Origin: Microcystis aeruginosa NIES-2549
GTDB taxonomy: Bacteria; Cyanobacteriota; Cyanobacteriia; Cyanobacteriales; Microcystaceae
Reading direction: 5' to 3'
NCBI RefSeq assembly: GCF_000981785.2
Contig: NZ_CP011304.1
Span: forward strand, 1,770,001 to 1,802,000
DNA: 32,000 nt
Shown: positions 16,564-26,305 of the stretch, piece by piece
Layout of the letters: every line of letters starts with the position of its first letter
Position numbering within the stretch: position 1 is the first letter of the stretch
The notes under the pieces: model-generated
What the model was told of the DNA's origin: nothing
The model's input: only the letters and a program-made list of their open reading frames with translations
Database searches by the model: none
Position numbers and translations under genes: made by a program

Positions 16564-17457
16564 CTAGATTAAAGCCAATTCTTGCATAATTTTTGCTAAT
16601 CCTTCTTCTAGTTCGGGACTTAAGGAACATAAAGGAGATCGCAATCCCCCCACCTCCCAACCGACTAGATTTAAGGCCGCTTTAATTGGAATTGGATTAG
16701 TGGCACAGAATAAACCTTTAAACAGGGGAAATAATTTCAAGTTAATCTCGATCGCTTTGGCCGCATCTCCGGTTAATAAAGCTTGAATCATCCCTTGGAT
16801 TTCTTCTCCCACTAGATGACTAGCAACACTGACCACCCCCACCGCACCACAGGTCATCAGGGGTAAGGTGAGAAAATCATCGCCGGAATAAATAGCGAAA
16901 TTTTCAGGGGTATGACAGTAAATCTTACAGGTTTGTTCTAAATTACCACTAGCTTCTTTTACCGCCACAATATTATCAACTGCTGCCAGTTTAATAATCG
17001 TTTCCGGGGTCATATTTTGACCCGTTCGACCAGGGATATTATAAAGCATCACCGGCAGATCGGGACAAGCTTTGGCAATGGTCAGAAAATGCTCGTATAA
17101 ACCCTCTTGGGGTGGTTTATTGTAGTAGGGAACCACTTGTAAAGAACCATCTAAACCCAGTTTAGCAGCCTGTTGGGTCGCTTCGATCGCTTCGGAAGTG
17201 GAATTAGAACCCGTCCCCGCGATCACTTTTCCCCGACCATTAACCGCTTTTTTGACAATACTAAATAGTTCGTATTCTTCCTGCCAACTTAGGGTGGGTG
17301 ATTCTCCCGTCGTCCCACAGACCACTATACCATCGCTACCGTGAGTAACTAGATAATCGGCCAATTTTTCCACCAGGGCATAATTAACTTGACCCTCGAC
17401 GGTGAAGGGAGTCACCATCGCCGTAATTACTCGTCCAAAATAGGTTGTTTCACTCAT
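16564..17457 (-). CDS. dapA: 4-hydroxy-tetrahydrodipicolinate synthase
   Basis: 297 aa. Motifs are [26 protein letters not shown], and the Schiff-base lysine context VAVKEASG. Confidence 0.95.
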   Translation of the reverse strand: MSETTYFGRVITAMVTPFTVEGQVNYALVEKLADYLVTHGSDGIVVCGTTGESPTLSWQEEYELFSIVKKAVNGRGKVIAGTGSNSTSEAIEATQQAAKLGLDGSLQVVPYYNKPPQEGLYEHFLTIAKACPDLPVMLYNIPGRTGQNMTPETIIKLAAVDNIVAVKEASGNLEQTCKIYCHTPENFAIYSGDDFLTLPLMTCGAVGVVSVASHLVGEEIQGMIQALLTGDAAKAIEINLKLFPLFKGLFCATNPIPIKAALNLVGWEVGGLRSPLCSLSPELEEGLAKIMQELALI

Positions 17458-17460
17458 TGA

Positions 17461-17500
17461 TCAGTTATCAGTTATCAGTTATCAGTTATCAGTTATCAGC
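17461..17500. repeat. Heptamer array (TCAGTTA) x5.7, immediately upstream of the dapA start
   Basis: tcagtta x5 followed by tcagc. Confidence 0.95.
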
Positions 17501-17708
17501 TTCTGAAGGTAAGAGGCAAAAGAAAGAATCTGGCAATCCGCTTACCTAAAAAGAAGATTACAAACTAAGTACGTCTAAGCTTTTCGCTTAACCAATTAGG
17601 TTTTAGGTTCGGTCTTTGTTATCATTTTTTGAGCGATAAGCAATCAGCTTTCAGACTTTACTTATCCGGTTAATTAGCTATTTTTCTAATTATCATCGTC
17701 TTGATCTA

Positions 17709-17729
17709 GCTGATGGCTGATAGCTTGAT
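17709..17729. repeat. Degenerate heptamer array (GCTGATG-type) x3, next to the asd stop
   Basis: gctgatg gctgata gcttgat. Confidence 0.6.
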
Positions 17730-17731
17730 TA

Positions 17732-18769
17732 TCAAACTGTTGCTAATCTGGAACCGACGAGATTTTTCTTGACTAAAAGTTCCGCAATTTGTACAGCATT
17801 TAAAGCCGCACCCTTGCGAATTTGATCGCCGCATAGCCACAATTCTAGACCGTTAGGATGGGAGATATCTTGACGAATGCGTCCCACTAATACTTCATCG
17901 CGACCGGTAGCATCAATTGGCATGGGAAAATAATTAGCGTCCCAATCTTCCACTAATTTTACCCCAGGAGCAGACTCAAGAATTTCTCTGGCCTTCACCA
18001 CAGAAAAAGGCCGACTAAATTCTAGGTTAACCGATTCCGAATGGGCCCGCAGGACGGGAACCCGTACACAGGTGGCGCTAACCCGCAGTCCTGGACAAGC
18101 AAAAATCTTGCGGGTTTCGTTGACCATTTTCATTTCTTCCTCGCAGTACCCCTGACCATTAATCGGGGTATTGTGGGGAAAAAGATTAAAAGCGAGGGGA
18201 TAGGGGAAGGAATTAGTGGGAGGTAGCCGATGCTCAAGAATTGCTTGTGCTTGCTCTTTCACTTCCTCCATGGCCCGCGCTCCAGCACCACTGGCGGACT
18301 GATAAGTAGAAACTACTACTCGCTCGATCGCCTGTACTTGGTGGAGAGGCCAGATCGCCACTCCTAAAAGAATTGTCGTACAGTTGGGATTAGCGATAAT
18401 GCCCCGGTGATTGTCCACACTGTCGGGATTGATTTCCGGGACAACTAGAGGCACTTCGGGATTCATGCGAAAAGCGCTGGAGTTATCGATAATCGTCGCA
18501 CCCGACTCGACAATAGTTTTCGCCCAAGCTTTCGAGGTGGACCCCCCCGCAGAAGCAAGAACGATATCCACGTCCTGAAAAGAGCGCTCGTTTACCGCTT
18601 CGATTAGGAGACTTTCGCCCTGAAAATCGAGGGTTTTTCCAGCAGAACGCTCGGAAGCGAGTAATTTTAGACTAGCGAGAGGAAATTGACGACTAGCTAA
18701 TAACTCTAGTAATTCCGTTCCCACGGCCCCGGTGGCCCCTAAAATAGCGACCCGTACTTTTTGACTCAA
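17732..18769 (-). CDS. asd: Aspartate-semialdehyde dehydrogenase
   Basis: 345 aa. It has the NAD-binding VAILGATGAVG, the active-site context IANPNCTT, and SASGAG. Confidence 0.95.
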   Translation of the reverse strand: MSQKVRVAILGATGAVGTELLELLASRQFPLASLKLLASERSAGKTLDFQGESLLIEAVNERSFQDVDIVLASAGGSTSKAWAKTIVESGATIIDNSSAFRMNPEVPLVVPEINPDSVDNHRGIIANPNCTTILLGVAIWPLHQVQAIERVVVSTYQSASGAGARAMEEVKEQAQAILEHRLPPTNSFPYPLAFNLFPHNTPINGQGYCEEEMKMVNETRKIFACPGLRVSATCVRVPVLRAHSESVNLEFSRPFSVVKAREILESAPGVKLVEDWDANYFPMPIDATGRDEVLVGRIRQDISHPNGLELWLCGDQIRKGAALNAVQIAELLVKKNLVGSRLATV

Positions 18770-19093
18770 ATTGTGTGACCTCCTGACGAGTTGGGTGATG
18801 ATAATGATCCGAAGAAATCGTTAAAGTAAAAAATCTTTTTTGTCCACCGAGTTATTCTAAAACTTGGCTTGATCGGCTTTTGATCGCCAAAAATTTCTGA
18901 TTGGGCCTGACCGCCCCGAGGACGGAATAAATTAAATATACCCCATTGACCGCTAAAATAAAAAGATTGTGACAGCTTGGGGAACAACTGCAGCTATTCC
19001 CCTAGAATATCATGAGCGGGACGGATCCACCGCAGGCGCGAACACCGCTCACCCTATTATAAACGTTCCTTGTCGTAAGAGCTAGAAAAATCA

Positions 19094-20491
19094 ATGAAAG
19101 TTATTCAGGAAAAGCTTCCTGCCAGTCAGATAGGTTTAGAAATTGAAATTCCCGCCGAAACCACGAAAAACACCCACGAGAAAGTGGTAAATAATTTAGC
19201 GAAGTCGGCCAATATACCCGGTTTTCGCCCCGGCAAGGTTCCCCGTCAGATTCTTCTGCAAAGATTGGGTTCTAAAGCTGTAAAAGCGGCGGTAATTGAG
19301 GAATTAATCGAAAATTGTCTCGAATCTGCCCTAAAACAGGAGGGGATCGAGTCCCTGGGTACTCCGCAGCTATTGTCTCAGTTTGAGGATTTGATCGCTG
19401 CCTATGAACCGGGTAAAGCTTTGACTTTTTCAGTTTCCGTGGATGTGGCCCCGACAATTATTCTCGGAGATTACGAAAATCTGAGCGTTACTGCCGAAGA
19501 AACCGTTTATGATCCCGAATCCGTGGAAAATTGGTTTAAAGAGCGTCAAGAACAGTTAGCGACATTGGTTCCCGTGGAAGATCGCGGGGCGCAGCTGGGA
19601 GATGTGGCGATCGTTGATTATCGAGGAAAATCCGCCGAAACTGGCGAAGATATCCCGGATATTGACGGCGAAGATCTGCGGGTGGATATGGAACCAGGAC
19701 GCTTTATCGAGGGGATGGTAGAAGGAATTGTCGGCATGAAACCGGAAGAAGTCAAAGAGATGACTTTAACTTTCCCGGAAGATTATCCCAAAGAAGATGT
19801 GGCAGCAAAAGCGGTAATCTTTACCATTACGATGAAAGAGTTAAAAGCGAAGGAATTACCAGAGCTTGACGACGATTTTGCCCAAGAAGTCAGCGATCAG
19901 GAAACAATCGCCGAATTAAGAGCAAGTTTAGAGAAACGCTTCCAAGAACAAGCGGAGAAGGAAACCAAAGACAGCATTTATGATGCTTTAACTCAGGAAT
20001 TAGTCAAGGGTGCGACTTTAGATTTACCGGAGACGCTGATCGAAAAGGAAGTGACGCATATTTTGACCCAAAGCTTCATGCAGTTCCAACAAATGGGGCT
20101 AGATGTCAACCAGTTGTTTACAAAAGATAATATTCCCAAAATGCGGGAAAGCGCTCGTCCCGATGCGCTCGAAAGTCTGAAACAGACTCTCGTGGTGCAG
20201 GAATTGGCTAAAGTCGCGGGCATTGAAGTCAGTCCCGAAGCGGTAACGGAAAAAATCGCTAAAATCATGGCCCAATTGTCCGATCGCGACATAGATAGGC
20301 AGCGTCTGGAACAGGTGATCACCGAAGAAATCCTGGCGGAAAACACCCTGGAATGGCTGAAAGGAAAAGCTACTATCACCCTCGTCCCCAAAGGTTCCCT
20401 AGAGGAGGAAGCAAGCGAGGAGGAGGAAACAGAAGAAACCTTCGCATTCACCGAAGTGGAAGTGTTGGCAGCCGAGGCTGAGGAAGAATAA
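19094..20491 (+). CDS. tig: Trigger factor
   Basis: 465 aa. It carries the ribosome-binding signature GFRPGKVP, a central FKBP-like domain, and an acidic C-terminal tail. The tig-clpP-clpX order is conserved. Confidence 0.95.
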   Translation: MKVIQEKLPASQIGLEIEIPAETTKNTHEKVVNNLAKSANIPGFRPGKVPRQILLQRLGSKAVKAAVIEELIENCLESALKQEGIESLGTPQLLSQFEDLIAAYEPGKALTFSVSVDVAPTIILGDYENLSVTAEETVYDPESVENWFKERQEQLATLVPVEDRGAQLGDVAIVDYRGKSAETGEDIPDIDGEDLRVDMEPGRFIEGMVEGIVGMKPEEVKEMTLTFPEDYPKEDVAAKAVIFTITMKELKAKELPELDDDFAQEVSDQETIAELRASLEKRFQEQAEKETKDSIYDALTQELVKGATLDLPETLIEKEVTHILTQSFMQFQQMGLDVNQLFTKDNIPKMRESARPDALESLKQTLVVQELAKVAGIEVSPEAVTEKIAKIMAQLSDRDIDRQRLEQVITEEILAENTLEWLKGKATITLVPKGSLEEEASEEEETEETFAFTEVEVLAAEAEEE

Positions 20492-20510
20492 CCCTTGGCT
20501 ATCTTGAAGT

Positions 20511-20546
20511 CGTCAGCCTTTTAGCCGTCAGCCGTCAGCCATCAGC
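20511..20546. repeat. Heptamer array (CGTCAGC/CATCAGC), degenerate
   Basis: cgtcagc at 20511, then cgtcagc cgtcagc catcagc at 20526-20546, followed by T6. Confidence 0.8.
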
Positions 20547-20570
20547 TTTTTTCTCCCGATATCCCTGTTC

Positions 20571-20654
20571 ACTGATGGCTGATAACTGATAACTGATCAC
20601 TGATAACTGATAACTGATCACTGATAACTGATCACTGATAACTGATAACTGATT
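20571..20654. repeat. Heptamer array (ACTGATA/ACTGATC) x12
   Basis: actgatg gctgata actgata actgatc actgata actgata actgatc actgata actgatc actgata actgata actgatt. Confidence 0.95.
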
Positions 20655-20782
20655 GCTGCCAACCGGGGGAAACTTAGGGCATAATAGATGGACAGAAGTG
20701 CTAAAGATGCTTAACATTTGCCAGTAAAAGCTCCACAGCCAAGCAAAACCCCTAAGATTGTGATAGCGGAACCGAAAAAATT

Positions 20783-21484
20783 ATGCTCGAATCGAGATCA
20801 CCTGACTACCCAATTACCAGTAATTGTCGCCCTGCTATCTACGCCAACACGGGGAGAAACTCCCTAGCTAACGTTTTACCCGTGGTAATCGAACAGTCTG
20901 GCATGGGTGAACGGGCTTTTGATATCTATTCTCGACTCCTGCGCGAGAGAATTGTCTTTCTGGGAACCCCCGTCGATGATCAGGTCGCTGATTCGATCGT
21001 CGCCCAACTCCTCTACTTGGAGGCAGAAGATCCCGAAAAGGATATCCAACTTTATATCAACTCCCCCGGTGGTTCCGTTTATGCCGGACTAGCTATCTAC
21101 GACACCATGCAACAAATTCGCCCCGACGTGGCGACAATTTGTTTCGGTTTAGCCGCTAGTATGGGAGCATTCCTGCTTTGTGGTGGCGCGGCAGGTAAAC
21201 GGATGTCCCTACCCAGTAGCCGGATCATGATTCACCAACCCCTCGGCGGCGCCCAAGGTCAAGCTAGTGATATCGCCATCCAAGCCAAAGAGATCCTCTA
21301 TATTAAACAGAGACTCAATACCATGCTGGCTCATCACACCGGTCAACCCTACGATCGCATCGCCAACGACACCGAACGGGACTTTTTCATGTCCGCCGTC
21401 GAAGCTAAAGAATATGGGTTAATCGATCAGGTGATTTCCCGTCCCGAACTGCCCGATCCTACCGTTCCCGTTACTTCCCTGTAA
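20783..21484 (+). CDS. clpP: ATP-dependent Clp protease proteolytic subunit (ClpP2-like, with N-terminal extension)
   Basis: 233 aa. It has [19 protein letters not shown] and the triad contexts GLAASMGAF (Ser), MIHQPLGG (His) and ERDFFMSA (Asp). The exact start is uncertain. Confidence 0.93.
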   Translation: MLESRSPDYPITSNCRPAIYANTGRNSLANVLPVVIEQSGMGERAFDIYSRLLRERIVFLGTPVDDQVADSIVAQLLYLEAEDPEKDIQLYINSPGGSVYAGLAIYDTMQQIRPDVATICFGLAASMGAFLLCGGAAGKRMSLPSSRIMIHQPLGGAQGQASDIAIQAKEILYIKQRLNTMLAHHTGQPYDRIANDTERDFFMSAVEAKEYGLIDQVISRPELPDPTVPVTSL

Positions 21485-21494
21485 ATAATAAACT

Positions 21495-22829
21495 ATGTCT
21501 AAATACGACTCCCACCTCAAGTGTTCATTTTGCGGCAAATCCCAGGAACAAGTGCGAAAATTAATCGCCGGGCCGGGGGTCTATATTTGTGACGAGTGTG
21601 TGGAACTGTGTAACGAAATTCTCGATGAGGAATTGATGGAACCGCCCAGTCCGGTCGCCCCAGTGGAGGAACGTCCCAACAAACGGCGATCGGGCCAAAA
21701 CAAAACCACTTGGGAACAAATTCCCAAACCAAGAGAGATTAAAAAATACCTCGATGACTACGTTATCGGTCAAAATGAGGCGAAAAAAGTGCTTTCTGTG
21801 GCCGTTTATAACCATTACAAACGCCTCAAAGATATCCAAACCCAAAAAGCCGGTGGCGGTAGTCCAGAAGATAGCATCGAACTGCAAAAATCCAATATTC
21901 TGTTAATCGGGCCGACGGGATCGGGAAAAACCCTTCTAGCTCAAACTCTTGCTAAAATCCTCGATGTACCTTTTGCCGTCGCCGATGCCACCACTTTAAC
22001 CGAGGCCGGTTATGTGGGGGAAGATGTGGAAAATATTCTCTTGCGTCTGTTGCAAGTGGCAGATTTAGACGTGGAAGAAGCGCAGCGGGGCATTATCTAC
22101 ATCGATGAAATCGATAAAATTGCCCGCAAGAGCGAAAATACCTCGATTACCCGGGATGTGTCCGGAGAAGGGGTACAGCAAGCTTTACTGAAAATGTTAG
22201 AGGGAACGATCGCCAATGTTCCCCCCCAAGGCGGCCGCAAACACCCCTATCAGGATTGTATTCAGATTGACACCAGCAATATCCTGTTTATCTGCGGTGG
22301 GGCGTTTGTCGGTTTAGATAAGGTGATCGATCAGCGTCTCGGTAAAAAATCCATGGGCTTTATTCAACCGGGAGATGGCCAAGCTAGTAAGGATAAGGTA
22401 GCGGCAGGGTTATTAAAACAAATGACTCCCGATGATTTAGTCAAATTTGGCATGATTCCAGAGTTTGTCGGTCGGATTCCCGTCCTAGCGGCGCTTTCAC
22501 CCCTGGATGAGGAAGCTTTAATCGCTATCCTGACGCAACCCCGCAACGCTTTGGTGAAACAGTATCAAAAACTGTTGAAGATGGACAATGTACAGTTAGA
22601 GTTTAAATCTGATGCCGTCCTAGCGATCGCCCAAGAGGCCTATCGTCGCAAAACTGGGGCCCGGGCCCTACGGGGTATTGTCGAGGAATTAATGCTCGAT
22701 GTCATGTACGAATTGCCCTCGCGCAAGGACGTGAAACGCTGTTTAATCACCCGCGAAATGGTGGAAAAACGTTCCACGGCAGAGCTATTGGTTCATCCTT
22801 CCTCTCTACCTAGTCAAGAATCCGCTTAA
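21495..22829 (+). CDS. clpX: ATP-dependent Clp protease ATP-binding subunit ClpX
   Basis: 444 aa. It has the zinc-binding CSFCGK...CDEC, Walker A GPTGSGKT, Walker [10 protein letters not shown], and the IGF-loop-type region. Confidence 0.97.
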   Translation: MSKYDSHLKCSFCGKSQEQVRKLIAGPGVYICDECVELCNEILDEELMEPPSPVAPVEERPNKRRSGQNKTTWEQIPKPREIKKYLDDYVIGQNEAKKVLSVAVYNHYKRLKDIQTQKAGGGSPEDSIELQKSNILLIGPTGSGKTLLAQTLAKILDVPFAVADATTLTEAGYVGEDVENILLRLLQVADLDVEEAQRGIIYIDEIDKIARKSENTSITRDVSGEGVQQALLKMLEGTIANVPPQGGRKHPYQDCIQIDTSNILFICGGAFVGLDKVIDQRLGKKSMGFIQPGDGQASKDKVAAGLLKQMTPDDLVKFGMIPEFVGRIPVLAALSPLDEEALIAILTQPRNALVKQYQKLLKMDNVQLEFKSDAVLAIAQEAYRRKTGARALRGIVEELMLDVMYELPSRKDVKRCLITREMVEKRSTAELLVHPSSLPSQESA

Positions 22830-22850
22830 GGGGAAAAATCGAGGTTAACC

Positions 22851-23060
22851 ATGCTGAACACCGTTCCTGCGATCATCAAAGAAGGCCGGATCGAACTCCT
22901 CGAATCCGTGCCGATTCCAGAGGGTACTAGGGTTTTAGTCACCCTCATCCCGGAGGAGACAAACTCGGATTTCTGGCAAAAAGTCAGCGAAACTGCACTG
23001 GCTAAGATTTGGGATAATCTGGAAGACGACATCTATCATGAAAACTCAAATAATCGATAA
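22851..23060 (+). CDS. Small antitoxin-like protein (DUF104/AbrB-like N-terminal beta-hairpin motif)
   Basis: 69 aa. AIIKEGRIELLESVPIPEGTRVLVTLIPEE resembles the short antitoxin-family fold. A second block is ALAKIWDNLEDDIY. The gene overlaps the next gene by 23 nt. Confidence 0.55.
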   Translation: MLNTVPAIIKEGRIELLESVPIPEGTRVLVTLIPEETNSDFWQKVSETALAKIWDNLEDDIYHENSNNR

Positions 23061-23895
23061 AACAGTCACTGTCCGCGGTGTTCCCCACTATTACGAGTGG
23101 ATTCGACAGTCGGAATCTGCCCAGAAAAAGCCAGTCATGGTGTTTATTCATGGTTGGGGAGGATCGGGACGCTATTGGCGATCGACGGCTGCGGCAATTT
23201 GCGATCGCTTTGATTGTTTATTGTACGATATGCGCGGTTTTGGTCGGTCTAAATTGCCGGAAAAATCCCCCGATCTTTCCTACGATTTAGAAGAATATGC
23301 CCTTGATTTAGCATTGTTTTTAGATAGTTTGGAAATTGAAAAAATCTATCTAAATAGTCACTCTATGGGGGCATCGGTGGCGACTTTTTTTATTACTATG
23401 TACCCCGAAAGAGTGGTCAAAGCAGTTTTAACCTGTAATGGCATTTTTGAGTATAATAAAGCGGCTTTTGCTGCCTTTCATAAATTCGGTAAGTATGTGG
23501 TACAGTTTCGTTATGATTGGTTTTTAAAAGTCCCTTTTGCCGATCAATTATTTATGGCGAGATTTTTGCATCGATCGATCCCAAAATCAGAAAGAATTGC
23601 TTTTTTAGAAGATTTTTTAGCGGCAGATTACGAGGCCGCCCTAGGCACAATTTATACATCTGTGAGTGAAAAGGCAGTGGAAATTATGCCTGGTAAATTT
23701 GCAGAGATTAAGGTACCAACTCTTTTAGTATCAGGGGAAAAAGATATTATTATCCCTGCCAAAATGGGCAAAATGGCGGCGGATTTGAATAATAATATCC
23801 AGTATGTGGAGATGGCTAATACCGCTCACTTTCCCATGTTAGAAGATGCCCCTACTTATCTACAAAAATTGCAAGATTTTTTAGAAATTAATTAG
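23038..23895 (+). CDS. Alpha/beta-fold hydrolase
   Basis: 285 aa. It has HGWGGS, the nucleophile elbow NSHSMGA, and a C-terminal His context (NTAHFPMLE). The G of the stop TAG at 23893-23895 is also the first base of an IS-end-like GGGTTTGCT. Confidence 0.85.
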   Translation: MKTQIIDKTVTVRGVPHYYEWIRQSESAQKKPVMVFIHGWGGSGRYWRSTAAAICDRFDCLLYDMRGFGRSKLPEKSPDLSYDLEEYALDLALFLDSLEIEKIYLNSHSMGASVATFFITMYPERVVKAVLTCNGIFEYNKAAFAAFHKFGKYVVQFRYDWFLKVPFADQLFMARFLHRSIPKSERIAFLEDFLAADYEAALGTIYTSVSEKAVEIMPGKFAEIKVPTLLVSGEKDIIIPAKMGKMAADLNNNIQYVEMANTAHFPMLEDAPTYLQKLQDFLEIN

Positions 23896-23904
23896 GGTTT
23901 GCTA

Positions 23905-24135
23905 GGGGAAATGAGTTTCTATGATGTGACTGACAAGTATATTGAGGATAAAGAGTTACGCCGTCAGGGTGGATATTTGGGGGTACAGCGTCGCCAGGAT
24001 TTAAGACCAGAAATATCTGCTGCTGTGTTTGCTACGAAACCTCCTCAGTTGCTTAAACCTATTGTGAAAGCTAAAGGGATAAGCTTGATTTTAGTGGAGG
24101 AAATTATACAGCGGAATTGGATGATAAGTACCTAA
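23905..24135 (+). pseudogene. 5'-truncated, frameshifted fragment of a parvulin-type PPIase paralogous to 31171-31908
   Basis: EMSFYDVTDKYIEDKELRRQGGYLGVQRRQDLRPEISAAVFATKPPQLLKPIVKAKGISLILVEEII aligns with residues EMSFYDVAHQYIQDVELRRQGGYRGILSRKDLKPEISAAVFATTPPEVLKPIVTSKGVHLILVEEIL of the intact gene. The match continues in another frame (AELDDKY vs SELDNKL). There is no N-terminal half. Confidence 0.85.
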
Positions 24136-24168
24136 GCAAAATTAATTACACATATCTAACTACCTCTT
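24128..24168 (+). repeat. 41-bp dispersed repeat, copy B
   Basis: GTACCTAAGCAAAATTAATTACACATATCTAACTACCTCTT matches the reverse complement of 4379-4419 at 39/41. Confidence 0.9.
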
Positions 24169-25074
24169 ACCTTCTGGGCTCTTCTCAAATTTGTGTGATA
24201 ATTTTTGCTTATGTAAGGTTAAATGTTTACTGGTCAGGACTTTTAGGACTATTTTGAAAGAAGAAACTATCAGTATAGACCTCGTTTCCACACAGAAACC
24301 AGAAGAGCCATAAATGAACAACACTATGTTAAGGAATGTAAAAGAGGCGGTTTTCGCTGCTGCATACAGCTTTCTACCCTATTTACAAAACTTTATACAG
24401 CAGCGAAAACTTATGTCCGACTACTTAAACCAGAAGTATCTGGTATAATGCTCAAAAAGCATGGGCGACATACACCGTGCTAACTGCCCACCATCTGTTC
24501 TACGAGTACGAGGTAATACCCGTGTCTAATTGATTTATACCGCAAATACGCAACGCCAAATTTTGTTTTGCAAAGATGTCGCAGATTGTCCAAAATCCTC
24601 TAATGTCAATGAGTATCAGCTTATGAAATCATCTCAAATTGGTATTAATTTTCCCAATAACTCTGGTCGATTTCTCAGTGCTTTTCAGAGAAAACACTTA
24701 GAAAAAAGCCTAGAAAAAGGGTTGTCTAAGCGCCATTTTCAACGAATTCAAATTATGCTGCTGGCAGATGAGGGTAAAACCCAAACCCAAATTTGCCAAG
24801 AGTTGGGCTGTTCCCATAGTACAGCACGCCATTGGATAACCCTCGCCAAGTCTGGTCAGGCTCACCAGTGGAATATTGGCCCAATTGGCAGACCTCAAAC
24901 TGTAGACGAGGAATGCTTGCAGCGTTTGAGGAAGTTAGTCAGTCAAAGCCCTAGAGAAGTTAAAGTCCCTCACCGTGATTTTAGTTATTAGACCTCTCCA
25001 AAAATTTATAAGTCAGTCACAGCAAGGAAGAGAGGCAGATTAGACCAAGAGTCAAAATTAGCTCTCAAAACCGA

Positions 25075-26305
25075 TTAATCAGGGTTTGAAGAGACAAAAT
25101 CCAATTTTGACGGAAAACTATGGCTAATTATAACGTCAATTACTTCCCCTGATTGCTCCCCTTCTATTACTTCTAAAATTAGCGCACTAATTCTCAACCT
25201 TACTAAGCCACAAACGGTCAGTAAAACCGATTTATATCGACTTTTATTTAATCTAAATCTTTCTTGAACTACTTTAAATACTTTGACAACTCGAATTAAA
25301 TGCTCAACAAAAATTCGCCGAGATGATAAAACTTTATTTTCTTTAATTTGATTCTCGGTTAATTCTCCATTCTTAGGTTTTTTATCAGGAGTTCTGATTT
25401 GATTTTCTCCTAGGTAAGCTTTATCTCCAATAAAAGTTTGTTGAGAATCGAATTTGCTTAAAGTTTGCCGACAGATTTTTATGTCGCTCGTCGGACCAGG
25501 TTGACCAATAACTACATCAACAATATCTTCAGCTTTTGGCAAGACAATAAATTGACTTTTTAAAGTATGTCTTTTTTGCTTTCCCGAATAATATATTTTT
25601 TGTTCTTGATAATCGGTCGGCCTCTCCACGGGCTGTTCTGCGCTATCGACAATCAACTCATAATCCCTTAATTGTTCAATTATTATTTCCTCTTCTTGGC
25701 ACTTCTTTATTTGTTCTAACAAACTTGGCGGTAACTCTCCTTCAAAAAGTTTTTGCCAATAGGTAAAGATATTATGAGCCGTTGATTCACTCACTTGAAA
25801 TATTAGTCCTAAGATTTGAAAGCTTAGATGATGTCTTAAATAAACCAACATTAGAACAATTTGTTCCTCTTCTGATAATTTACTGACAGGGGGACAAGAC
25901 CTCTCAAAGCATTGTCCACAAAGGTTTTGAGGCTCCTCAGTTACAAACAGATACATCGCTTTCAGCCAAAAAGCTAACGAAATAATCAGGGATTTGGGCG
26001 AGCTTACTAGAAATATTTATCAACAACGGGGGGTGAGCTGCATCGAACTTTTTCGCTCCAACACCCCAAAAAGCTTGTGATGTAAGGAGTTCAGCCAGCT
26101 TGTCCCCCTGTCAGGATAATTTAGGAGGTGTTCCGCTTCCTGGTTGATTAATCCTAATTTTGGTTTTTTCGATTTCTGATTGGTTTTTCCGATGTATAAG
26201 TTTTCCAAGTGCCATCAGTTGTTCTAGTTGTTGGTAGTCAATTCCTAATAGTCTTTTAGTTTGTTTCGGATATTTTTGAATGTATTCCCAAGTGTAGTTT
26301 TTCAT
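25075..26305 (-). pseudogene. Harbinger-type DDE transposase, interrupted by a MITE
   Basis: The N-terminal part at 26305-26113 ends ...GSGTPPKLS. After removing 25883-26123, the frame continues SEEEQIVLMLVYLRHHLSFQILG... DDE contexts are LIVDSAEQPVERP, FIGDKAYLG and RRIFVEHLIRVVK. Confidence 0.85.
25883..26114. mobile_element. 232-bp MITE with 16-bp perfect terminal inverted repeats and a 9-bp target-site duplication
   Basis: The inverted repeats are CTGACAGGGGGACAAG (25883-25898) and CTTGTCCCCCTGTCAG (26099-26114). GATAATTTA is duplicated at 25874-25882 and 26115-26123. Confidence 0.92.

Noticed and set aside
18766-18987. 73-aa ORF on the minus strand upstream of asd, together with candidate promoter hexamers in the asd/tig divergent region (for example TAGAAT at 19003-19008).
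   Set aside because: The ORF overlaps the asd start and has no SD. The -10-like hexamer lacks a properly spaced -35, so I do not call a promoter.
20535-20717. 60-aa ORF on the minus strand (…[29 protein letters not shown]…).
   Set aside because: It is simply the translation of the ACTGATA heptamer array and is an artefact of the repeat.
173-22546. Numerous 60-150-aa antisense or out-of-frame ORFs inside comM, the permease, dxs, larB, rnj, asd, tig, clpP and clpX (for example 173-385, 1098-1301, 4793-5044, 4946-5188, 11452-11796, 11882-12127, 12679-12927, 13698-13961, 15188-15397, 18041-18226, 19272-19457, 19993-20451, 20907-21092, 21517-21887, 22364-22546).
   Set aside because: Each overlaps a much longer ORF that has clear family motifs. 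Their compositions are typical of shadow frames.
22826-23290. ORFs 22826-23032 (minus strand) and 23078-23290 (plus strand, alternative frame).
   Set aside because: They overlap the antitoxin-like gene and the alpha/beta hydrolase gene respectively, and carry no recognisable motifs.
24314-24448. 44-codon ORF considered as a possible double-glycine precursor for the PCAT exporter.
   Set aside because: It has no GG/GA leader cleavage motif and no SD. The ORF is dominated by an inverted repeat and is separated from the exporter by two mobile elements.
25873-26208. ORF 26020-26208 and the first 28 codons of ORF 25075-25956 (MYLFVTEEPQNLCGQCFERSCPPVSKLS).
   Set aside because: Both are read from the interior and ends of the 232-bp MITE. 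They disappear when the MITE is removed and the true transposase frame is restored.
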